Source of the DNA: a virus | Virus record (IMG/VR): IMGVR_UViG_3300027908_000011 | Span: 1-44,316 of that record | Direction: 5' to 3' (one strand) | DNA length: 44,316 nt | Shown: piece after piece, positions 5,269 to 12,164 of the stretch | Layout: each line of letters opens with the position of its first letter | How positions within the stretch are numbered: the first letter of the stretch is position 1 | Translations under genes and position numbers: made by a program | Notes under the pieces: model-generated | The model's database searches: none | Told to the model about the DNA's origin: nothing | The model's input: the letters and a program-made list of their open reading frames with translations, nothing else

Positions 5269-6197
5269 CGGGCACCCCCCTGCGCGTCGGCGCCTATTAC
5301 CTGCCGCGCGGGGGGCAAGAGACCCTGCGCGAATACGCCAGCGGCAGCGCTGTGGGTCCGATCAGAAAAATGGAGTGCCCATCGGCCGGCTATGAGTACA
5401 GCGATGGACTAACGACGCGGCTGCCGTCCGGCGCATACATCTCCGGCGAGACCTCGGCGCGCGACCTTGTACTGGAATGCACGGCCGATGGCGTCCCTCT
5501 GATCGGCACTGAGACCCCCGCCGCGTACGAGGGCGGATGCTCATGGCTCCGCGGCCTGGCCAAGCCTGCGCCTTTCGCTTTCGTCGCTGGCCAGTTCTAC
5601 AGACTGCGCAACGGCGGCTGTACCGGCCCCATGATGCGCTCCCCTGACGACACCTACTGGTGTGACCCTGAGCACAAAAACGCGCACGGTGCGCCATGGG
5701 AATACCGGGACGATGGCACGACAGAGCCTGCGGAGTTCAACGTCGTCGGCCTGGCCGATGCTGACCAGAAATCGGCAAACCCCGCCCTAAAAGCGGAAAT
5801 GATTCCGGAAATCCGTGGCGCCTGGATCCCCAAAGGGGAGGCGCTCACAGTCGCGTCAGTCACCAGCGCGTTCCAGTCTATGCTCCTGCGCCGCCAGCGG
5901 CTGTCTGATTCTGGCGAGCTGCGGTACTCTGATCAGTCCGCGCCTGCCGCTGTCGCGGTACTCGATCCGCCCATCGGTGATCCATTCACCTGTGAATTGC
6001 GCGTCGGGGACATTGTCGAACACAAGTGGAACGGAGCGCCATCGGGCTATCCGGGCCAGTATCCGATCACCGAGATATCATCAAATCCGTTCGTCGTCTG
6101 GTTCGATACGTCGTCTGACAGACGCGGGCGCGGCATCATGTGCAATACCAAACGGGCATTTTTCAAGTACATCCGTCGTCCAAACCCTGCCGGCTGA
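5265..6197 (+). CDS. hypothetical protein, 310 aa (third gene of the plus-strand cassette)
   Basis: Its start shows an ATGA overlap with the upstream stop. The sequence is Cys/Gly/Trp-containing and non-repetitive, and I recognise no motif in it. Confidence 0.65.
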   Translation: MTGTPLRVGAYYLPRGGQETLREYASGSAVGPIRKMECPSAGYEYSDGLTTRLPSGAYISGETSARDLVLECTADGVPLIGTETPAAYEGGCSWLRGLAKPAPFAFVAGQFYRLRNGGCTGPMMRSPDDTYWCDPEHKNAHGAPWEYRDDGTTEPAEFNVVGLADADQKSANPALKAEMIPEIRGAWIPKGEALTVASVTSAFQSMLLRRQRLSDSGELRYSDQSAPAAVAVLDPPIGDPFTCELRVGDIVEHKWNGAPSGYPGQYPITEISSNPFVVWFDTSSDRRGRGIMCNTKRAFFKYIRRPNPAG

Positions 6198-6320
6198 TTC
6201 ACGGTACACGCGGCACGCGACACGTCCGCAGGCTATTCCGGCTAGCCGATCCTTTCCCGCTCACTGCAAAGCGGTACACGTGTCGAGCAGATGGCAGGGC
6301 GGAACAGACGCCCACGAAGA

Positions 6321-6342
6321 ACCCCCGACGCAAGCCGGGGGT
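6321..6342. terminator. Hairpin in the convergent intergenic region (possible bidirectional terminator)
   Basis: a-cccccg-acgcaagc-cggggg-t is flanked by gattcgttt on plus and by tcttcg on minus. The T-tracts are weak. Confidence 0.3.
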
Positions 6343-6451
6343 GATTCGTTTGAGGGTGCGCCCCGGTTCTATCCGCGGCGGCTAACCGGCGGTGGCGAAC
6401 GCGCGCGGCTGACAGGTATCTACCGTGTTCACAGCGACTGTCAACAGTCCG

Positions 6452-6793
6452 TCAGTCCGGCACCCATATCAGTCTGCTGATGACTTTGACGGACGGCGCA
6501 CCGTTCTCCAGCCAGCGCACCTGGATCGTCGCGTCGCGCTTGGTCCGGTCGACCTGCTGACAGATATTGTGCAGAGTGATCCAGAGTTCCTGACCGAATC
6601 TGTTCATCGCGTCGGGGTCCGCGAACTTGCGCCGTTCCTTTTGTCCTGCGCCGGCACCGAACCGGGCCGGGTAACCGCGCATGATGATGCCGACAGTCCA
6701 ATGGGCTGCCATCTTCTCGGGCCGGTCGCCCTTTCTGATCACCATCTGGAACGGCTGATCTTTCTTCAGCGGAACGAATGCAGTCAGCGACAT
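6452..6793 (-). CDS. hypothetical protein, 113 aa (last gene of the leftward arm)
   Basis: ORF-track entry with protein-like composition. Confidence 0.55.
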   Translation of the reverse strand: MSLTAFVPLKKDQPFQMVIRKGDRPEKMAAHWTVGIIMRGYPARFGAGAGQKERRKFADPDAMNRFGQELWITLHNICQQVDRTKRDATIQVRWLENGAPSVKVISRLIWVPD

Positions 6794-6804
6794 AGTTTCA
6801 GTCC

Positions 6805-6996
6805 TCAGTGTGAAAGATGATAGCCGTACAGGAATCCATGCAACTCACCCAGGCTTTCGCAGGCGTAGACCGCTTTGCCCCGGCGCGCGACCGTGTACCT
6901 GTCTCCGTCGACAGTGACCGTCAGCCGCTGTCTGATCGCCAGCGCCAGGCACGAATGCCAGACGATCGTGTCCGTGTCTTCGGCCTCGACAGTCAC
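6805..6996 (-). CDS. hypothetical protein, 63 aa
   Basis: ORF-track entry. Its start overlaps the upstream stop. Confidence 0.45.
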   Translation of the reverse strand: MTVEAEDTDTIVWHSCLALAIRQRLTVTVDGDRYTVARRGKAVYACESLGELHGFLYGYHLSH

Positions 6997-7217
6997 AGCT
7001 TCATCGCCAGGTCGTTGCAGAACCGCTCTTGATCACGGTGCGCTTTCGCGCGCTGCTGCAACAGTTCCCGTTCCTCGGGCAGTCCGGTCGCTGACCGCGG
7101 AATCTGACCATGTCCTGGCGGTCCAATCTCGCGCAGCCGCGCCTCGATCAGTCCGATCTCATGTCGGTGAATCGACGCGAAGTGCCGGAGCTCTTGCTTG
7201 TTGTGCGGCAGGCTCAT
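6993..7217 (-). CDS. hypothetical protein, 74 aa (start moved to the internal Met, MSLPHNKQEL...)
   Basis: The ATG at 7217 forms an ATGA overlap with the stop of the 7214..7546 ORF. Confidence 0.5.
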   Translation of the reverse strand: MSLPHNKQELRHFASIHRHEIGLIEARLREIGPPGHGQIPRSATGLPEERELLQQRAKAHRDQERFCNDLAMKL

Positions 7218-7546
7218 GCGCCACCCCCACGGGCAGCCAGGGCAGCGACAAGGGCGGCGCGGGCCACTGGCATCCAGAAATTGACATCGCTGTCGGTGGC
7301 ATCGTCCCACTCATAGTCCGCGCCCATGGCATTGAACATGGAAGCGGCAGCAGCGCTCACCATCTCATCACTGACCACCCCATGCCCATTCACGGCCTCA
7401 ATGATGAGGGCGGCGTTGGCCTCATCATCAACAAACGGCCCGCTGAATTCCCGGCTATGACAATTGGCAACATATTTGCCATTGGCATCAACGACGAGAT
7501 ATGAATCGCTTTTCCACGGCCTCGGGCTCGGCTGGGAGGGAGTCAT
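7214..7546 (-). CDS. hypothetical protein, 110 aa, Ea22/ead-like pattern
   Basis: The sequence PRPWKSDSYLVVDANGKYVA...EANAALIIEAVNGH resembles the small repetitive early-region proteins common in phages. Confidence 0.55.
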   Translation of the reverse strand: MTPSQPSPRPWKSDSYLVVDANGKYVANCHSREFSGPFVDDEANAALIIEAVNGHGVVSDEMVSAAAASMFNAMGADYEWDDATDSDVNFWMPVARAALVAALAARGGGA

Positions 7547-8136
7547 GGCTTGGCTCCTCGCGCTAGGGCTATCAGGGCCTCAGCGAATGCCAGCGGGGTA
7601 GCGCTTGCTGCCTTGCCGCTGATGGTGGGCTTGTTGCGCTCCTTACCGCGCTGGTCGTGGAAGCCTATTTGATGGGTGCCCACAGCTCTGCTCCAGTTCA
7701 TGTCAGCCGGGGGATGGTTTCCGCAGTAGTACAGCCACGTGCGCTTATTCGCCCTGTGTCCATAGGCGCTCTGCCATACTTCGCACACCCATTCGCCGGG
7801 ATATGCAGCACGCCAGCCGATTCCTTCCGGCTTCGGCAATAGATGCGGCATCCATGCCCTACTGTTTGCTGGATGCTCCAGCACGCCACCCCATTTCTTT
7901 ATTGCGGTCAGCGCGCCCGTAAAGCATCCGCCATCATTCCCCGGACTGTTGTGCTCTCCCCCCCAGCGCTTGTAATTGATGGCAGCAAACGGCCCCCAGA
8001 GCTGGCACGGCGGATGCGCAACCACCGGCCACGGTCCAGCATAGGTCCGCGCATCCCGCTTCTCGTCCCACAGATCACAGCCGGGAATGGTGGAGTATAT
8101 GCCCTTGGGATCGCAGAAGAGGATGGCAACACTCAT
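7543..8136 (-). CDS. C5-cytosine-methyltransferase-like core protein (198 aa) lacking a recognisable target-recognition domain
   Basis: Motifs appear in MTase order and spacing: ILFCDPKG (a degenerate motif I), HPPCQLWG (motif IV, PCQ), LEHPANS (motif VI ENV-like) and GHRANKRTWLYYCG (motif VIII RxR-like). The ATG at 8136 overlaps the upstream TGA. Confidence 0.5.
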   Translation of the reverse strand: MSVAILFCDPKGIYSTIPGCDLWDEKRDARTYAGPWPVVAHPPCQLWGPFAAINYKRWGGEHNSPGNDGGCFTGALTAIKKWGGVLEHPANSRAWMPHLLPKPEGIGWRAAYPGEWVCEVWQSAYGHRANKRTWLYYCGNHPPADMNWSRAVGTHQIGFHDQRGKERNKPTISGKAASATPLAFAEALIALARGAKP

Positions 8137-8453
8137 TGCGGCCCCCGCAGACGGGCGAGGGCTTCCATCAGCGGTTTGCGATAATAGCCGGCCTGCGTGC
8201 CATTGTTCCAATCGGTGCCTCGGCTCAGTCCGTCTGCCGCCTCGCACACATCGAGCATGGCGAGGATGCGATCGGGGGAACAGGCAGCGATGAACTCTCG
8301 GTCGCCACTGGCGTATGTGTCGGCAATCAACTCCTGGCTACCATCGGGTAACGTCGCATAGATACGTCCGCCGCCATGGTCATAGCGGATTACCTGGCGC
8401 GGTAATTGCGTTGCCTTCTGCGCCAATTCGCGGAGCTGCTGGAGGTCGGTCAT
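8133..8453 (-). CDS. hypothetical protein, 106 aa, Ea22/ead-like pattern
   Basis: MTDLQQLRELAQKAT...REFIAACSPDRILAMLD. The start at 8453 forms an ATGA overlap. Confidence 0.55.
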   Translation of the reverse strand: MTDLQQLRELAQKATQLPRQVIRYDHGGGRIYATLPDGSQELIADTYASGDREFIAACSPDRILAMLDVCEAADGLSRGTDWNNGTQAGYYRKPLMEALARLRGPQ

Positions 8454-8695
8454 GGTTTCCCCGCCAGCAATGGGTGTACGTGGTAGCAGTCGAATCCGCA
8501 TTCCATCTCTGTTGGCGACAGACAGTCGGCACAGTTGCAGCTACCGTCGTCTGAGCACGCCGTCGTCCTGCGCTCCTTGGTCAGCAGACCATGCTTGTCC
8601 GCGAGATCCTGAAGCTCGCCGCCGTCGATGATCCGGCAGTCCGGGAAATGCTTGAGGATCGCCTTGGCGAATCCGATGGGATCAGGTTCGTTCAT
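8450..8695 (-). CDS. hypothetical Cys-rich protein, 81 aa
   Basis: The internal Met at 8695 overlaps the upstream stop (ATGA). The sequence contains CSDDGSCNCADC...CGFDC. Confidence 0.5.
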   Translation of the reverse strand: MNEPDPIGFAKAILKHFPDCRIIDGGELQDLADKHGLLTKERRTTACSDDGSCNCADCLSPTEMECGFDCYHVHPLLAGKP

Positions 8696-9069
8696 GGCGC
8701 CCTCACGCCGTCCAGCGCCACCTTGGTGCGCAGCGGGATGCGCGTGCAGCGGAAGACCCATGGCCCGATGCTCGCGCCGCTGCTGAAGAATCCGATGGTC
8801 CCGGCGGCGCGGTGCTTCTCGGCTTCTGCGATGAACTTGTAGCGGTCGAAGCCATGCATGCCCAGCGTCACGTGCGCGCCGAACAGTTCGGTGTTGAACC
8901 CGTTGATGTCCATGAACGCGCGCTTCAGATCGTCGCTGGTCGGCACGTAGTCGAACGCGAGAACGACGGGCGAGAGCTGCCCCTGGCGCTCCATGGGGTC
9001 GGGGGACATGCCCGAATGGGGGAGCATGTGCATGGTGAACACGAAGATAGCCTGGTCGATGTCGCTCAC
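8692..9069 (-). CDS. hypothetical protein, 125 aa
   Basis: ORF-track entry, start/stop coupled on both sides. Confidence 0.55.
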   Translation of the reverse strand: MSDIDQAIFVFTMHMLPHSGMSPDPMERQGQLSPVVLAFDYVPTSDDLKRAFMDINGFNTELFGAHVTLGMHGFDRYKFIAEAEKHRAAGTIGFFSSGASIGPWVFRCTRIPLRTKVALDGVRAP

Positions 9070-9410
9070 GGTTGTTCCTCCTGCGAATAATCGGTGGTGT
9101 CGATAGGCTCCGGGTCCTGGCCTGCGGCGGCGTCTTTGCCGACCGGGTGCGTGATCTCGATGTCGGCGAACCGCGGCCTGGTGACCGGCGCTGGCGCGGG
9201 CTCGGGCGCTGGTTCAGCGACAGGCTGGACAGTCTCAGTCGGCGGCGTCAGTCGACTGTCGGGCGCCGGATAGTCCGACGGCGCGACGTGCGCTCGGACT
9301 TCCGCCCGCAGGCGCTCCAGGTGCGCGCGTCCGGCAGCCGACCGGCTGTACACCCAGCCCGCCGGGGTTCCACCTGCTGCGGCCGGGGTCCATCCGCTAT
9401 CCATAGACAC
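9066..9410 (-). CDS. hypothetical Pro/Ala-rich protein, 114 aa
   Basis: ORF-track entry. It overlaps the upstream ORF by 14 nt. Confidence 0.45.
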   Translation of the reverse strand: MSMDSGWTPAAAGGTPAGWVYSRSAAGRAHLERLRAEVRAHVAPSDYPAPDSRLTPPTETVQPVAEPAPEPAPAPVTRPRFADIEITHPVGKDAAAGQDPEPIDTTDYSQEEQP

Positions 9411-10005
9411 TCTCCACCGGCCGCAGGCGCCGGAACTCAGACGGCCACTGGATACCCGGGGCGGCGCCGGCGAACACCGCGGCGATGTCGGGTTGCTTCA
9501 TGCCCTTGGTGCAGGCCATCCACTCGGCCAGTAGATCCTCGCCGTCCCAGGTGCGCATCTTGGCCCCCAGGCTGACGAGGTAGTCCCGGCGGCGGTCATC
9601 GATTGAGAGGGCGGGAGTAGCCTCGCTGCTCGCTGCTCGCTGCTCGTTATTAGATACTAGATGCTCGATGCTAGATGGTTGAACTTTCGTAGCTCTATTC
9701 GTTGATCCGTTCGTTGATCCGTTCGTTGATTGTTTCGTTGAACTTTCGCTGCCCATCCTCTTGTCGGCACTAGCCTTACCACTTCTGGATTTTGCCGTGT
9801 GGAATAGGGTCGCCTCATCCAGCAGCTCCTTGCCCATCTGGTAGCCGAGCTGGCCTTCAGTGTCGTGCTTGTAGGGGCATCGCTGAGAGCCGCGGAGACC
9901 CAGGCGGAAGCCCGCCAGCCACTGGGTATAGCCGTCCTCGCCGACCTGGTCGAGCACGGCACACATCTCATCGATGTTCAGACGGACTGTGAAGATGCGC
10001 TTCAC
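9397..10005 (-). CDS. hypothetical protein, 202 aa, two domains joined by a low-complexity linker (STNGSTNGSTN); candidate replication/origin-associated protein
   Basis: GTG start at 10005, preceded by GGTGGG. The linker coincides with a lower-GC cluster of short direct repeats. Confidence 0.55.
   Translation of the reverse strand: MKRIFTVRLNIDEMCAVLDQVGEDGYTQWLAGFRLGLRGSQRCPYKHDTEGQLGYQMGKELLDEATLFHTAKSRSGKASADKRMGSESSTKQSTNGSTNGSTNRATKVQPSSIEHLVSNNEQRAASSEATPALSIDDRRRDYLVSLGAKMRTWDGEDLLAEWMACTKGMKQPDIAAVFAGAAPGIQWPSEFRRLRPVESVYG
9623..9748. repeat. Cluster of short direct repeats in a lower-GC patch (iteron-like)
   Basis: TCGCTGC occurs 3 times in tandem (9623-9643). TTCGTTGA occurs 4 times at an exact 12-bp period (9698, 9710, 9722, 9734). 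GTTGAACTTTCG occurs twice (9678-9689, 9737-9748). Confidence 0.75.
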
Positions 10006-10024
10006 GCGCCCACCGTCGATGCAA

Positions 10025-10079
10025 GATCAGCCTTCGCCAAAGCGGGAAGCCCCCCGGAGCACGGGTGCGAAGGCTGATC
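10025..10079. repeat. 13-bp perfect inverted repeat GATCAGCCTTCGC / GCGAAGGCTGATC separated by 29 nt, intergenic
   Basis: Arms are at 10025-10037 and 10067-10079. The repeat lies in the 150-nt gap between the 10156..10500 and 9397..10005 ORFs. Confidence 0.8.
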
Positions 10080-10155
10080 ATGTATGGACATTGGGTCTCC
10101 GGTTCAGGCCGCTTCCCGACGGCTGCGTGGTTTCTACATTCGATTCCGCACGACG

Positions 10156-10500
10156 TCAATCGGTTCTTGCTCGCCCGCGCTTGGCGTTCTCCAGCTCAGC
10201 CCGCCGCCAGGCGATTTGAGCCGCCGTCTGTCCCGACCCTGCCTTGGGCACGGTCTCGTCATCAGATTCGATCTGAGCGGTCGGTGGCAGCCTGTAGACC
10301 CCCTCCGTCTCATGCATCCCCGGCGCCACGCGCTCAAGCTGCCCGTCCCTCAGCATCTCGTAGATCGTCCCGTGGACAGGCGCGATCTCAAAGTCCTTGA
10401 GCGACAGGTGGTCCCTGACGTAATTGACCAGCATCGGGCCGGTCGCCGGTCCATTGCCCACGCGGGCCAGGACGAGTTTCTGGACGGTTGGGTCGATCAT
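10156..10500 (-). CDS. hypothetical protein, 114 aa (possible winged-helix DNA-binding)
   Basis: ORF-track entry. The ATG overlaps the nuclease stop (ATGA). Confidence 0.55.
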   Translation of the reverse strand: MIDPTVQKLVLARVGNGPATGPMLVNYVRDHLSLKDFEIAPVHGTIYEMLRDGQLERVAPGMHETEGVYRLPPTAQIESDDETVPKAGSGQTAAQIAWRRAELENAKRGRARTD

Positions 10501-11573
10501 ATATCCACCTTCACCAGCTTATGCTCGCCCGGGTCGCGCTTGACCAGGCAGGCGAGTTCGTTCGTGGTCAGCTTGGACTTGCCGAACAGCTTGTCGGCCT
10601 GCGCCGGGCTGATCAGCTCGCGCGGCTCGACGTCGTCCTGGCTGATGCCTTTGGCGTTCGCCAGCCGGAACATCGCCATGCGGGCAGTCGTCTCGTCGGT
10701 CCAGGCGCGGTTCTTCTTGCCCTGCTCGACGTGATAGCCCGGGATCTGAAGCTGGCCCATGACGCACTCGTTCTCGATCAGGTCGCGGGCGCCTGCCAGC
10801 GTCGTGATCGCTTCCGCCAGGCGCTCCCACAGACGCGCTCTGTCGGCGGGGTCAGTCGCCTGCATGACGGCGATCGGGTCTCTGAGCACCGCCAGGTTCG
10901 CCGCGGACTCGTCGTGCGCCCGGCACGTCGTCCTGGCCTTGCAGTAGCGGCAGTGCGGGCCGGGGTTGAGCTGCGCGTCGTCCTTGAACGTCAGCGCGAC
11001 GGCGGTCTTCAGCCGCAGTTCGATCGCCGCGAGCTCGTCAGCGTCCCACGTGACAGGCTCCGACTGTTCGGCCAGCGCGGGCTGACAGATGCCGGCTTCG
11101 ACTGACTGCACGCCGAACATGCGCCACAGTCCGACAGCGTACGCCATGAGCTGGGGATTGTTCTTGGGCCAGCGCGTCGGGTGCGCGCCGAACTTCCAGT
11201 CGCGCAGCCAGGCTTTATGGCCTGGGATCACCAGGGCGTAGTCGACTGTGCCGGGGATGATGATGCCCATGGACGACAGGTCGACCTTGTGTTCTATCAG
11301 TTCGAGGAGCACGCCATTGCCGGCTCCGTGGCGCACTTCATCGATGGCTCCCATCGCTCGCGTTTCCTCGAAGCACATGAAGACCGGGTCGTTGGCGATG
11401 TCGATGCACGTTGCCTCTGTGCGTAATACCTTGGCGATCATGTCGTGCAGATCATGTCCGCGCTGACTGTCCGGGTTCGGCACGTCCGGTATGCCGGCCT
11501 CGGCGGCGCGCGACCCCGGGCAGGCGATGCGCATTTCGAGGCGGGAGGGGGAGTTTTGATCGTGGTCAGTCAT
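10497..11573 (-). CDS. PD-(D/E)XK nuclease, DUF2800/Cas4-like, with a C-terminal Cys cluster
   Basis: SPSRLEMRIACPGS at the N-terminus, GTVDYALV...RDWKFG...NPQLMAYAVGLW, and CRYCKARTTCRAH. These match the DUF2800 pattern as I remember it. Confidence 0.75.
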   Translation of the reverse strand: MTDHDQNSPSRLEMRIACPGSRAAEAGIPDVPNPDSQRGHDLHDMIAKVLRTEATCIDIANDPVFMCFEETRAMGAIDEVRHGAGNGVLLELIEHKVDLSSMGIIIPGTVDYALVIPGHKAWLRDWKFGAHPTRWPKNNPQLMAYAVGLWRMFGVQSVEAGICQPALAEQSEPVTWDADELAAIELRLKTAVALTFKDDAQLNPGPHCRYCKARTTCRAHDESAANLAVLRDPIAVMQATDPADRARLWERLAEAITTLAGARDLIENECVMGQLQIPGYHVEQGKKNRAWTDETTARMAMFRLANAKGISQDDVEPRELISPAQADKLFGKSKLTTNELACLVKRDPGEHKLVKVDI

Positions 11574-11842
11574 GGTGTGCTCCCGCTCCCGCTCCAGCTC
11601 CCGCTCCCGCTCCCGCTCCAGCTCCCGCTCCCGCTCCCGCTCCAGCTCCCGCTCCCGCTCCTGCTCCCGCTCCCGCTCCTGCTCCCGCTCCCGCTCCCGC
11701 TCCAGCTCCCGCTCCAGCTCCCGCTCCCGCTCCCGCTCCCGCTCCTGCTCCCGCTCCTGCTCCTGCTCCTGCTCCAGCTCCTGCTCCTGCTCCCGCTCCC
11801 GCTCCAGCTCCAGCTCCGATATTTACCCTTGATGCCGCGCAT
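11570..11842 (-). CDS. Possible repeat-encoded ORF (MRGIKGKY + 40 x [G/W/R]-S + TP); coding status unresolved
   Basis: The ATG at 11842 lies 6 nt after, and in frame with, the TAG of the 87-aa gene. Its TGA overlaps the nuclease ATG (ATGA at 11570-11573). However, the repeat variation is synonymous only in the other (Gly-Ala) frame. Confidence 0.3.
   Translation of the reverse strand: MRGIKGKYRSWSWSGSGSRSRSWSRSRSRSGSRSGSGSGSGSWSGSWSGSGSGSRSGSGSRSGSGSWSGSGSGSWSGSGSGSWSGSGSTP
11579..11818. repeat. 40 perfect tandem hexamers GCTCCN (N = C x23, A x8, T x8, G x1)
   Basis: Counted unit by unit. Positions 1-5 are invariant in all 40 units. All six reading frames are open across the repeat. Confidence 0.95.
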
Positions 11843-11848
11843 GGCCGT

Positions 11849-12112
11849 CTACTTCGCCGCGCCGAAGGCTTCGATGCAGCGCGTCTGGACGTACAGCAGA
11901 CCCGGGAACGGCTGCGCGTCCTTCCACTTAGCGTCAGTCCACGCGCCGGTCTCGTAGACGAACCGAGCGTCGCTGAGCTGCACGCACGTCTGGTTGACGC
12001 CCTCAAGCTTGCCGGCGTAGATGTAGTTCAGGCAGACCAGGACGACGTTTTGGCCCAGCAGCGCCTCCAGGCCCTCGCCTTCGACTTCAGTGACAGTGAC
12101 GAGCTTCTTCAT
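11849..12112 (-). CDS. conserved-looking hypothetical protein, 87 aa (recombination module)
   Basis: Non-repetitive sequence (MKKLVTVTEVEGEGLEALLGQNVVLVCLNYIYAGKLEGVN...). Ends in TAG. Confidence 0.65.
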   Translation of the reverse strand: MKKLVTVTEVEGEGLEALLGQNVVLVCLNYIYAGKLEGVNQTCVQLSDARFVYETGAWTDAKWKDAQPFPGLLYVQTRCIEAFGAAK

Positions 12113-12164
12113 GGGTGGGTTCCTTGGTTGGTGGTGGTCGCGCCGGGTGGTTGTGGGACTGGGA

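Noticed and set aside
11579-11818. CRISPR array, considering also the 22-bp repeats at 2331..2374.
   Set aside because: The repeats are strictly contiguous with no spacers, and the unit sizes (6 and 22 bp) and copy structure do not fit CRISPR.
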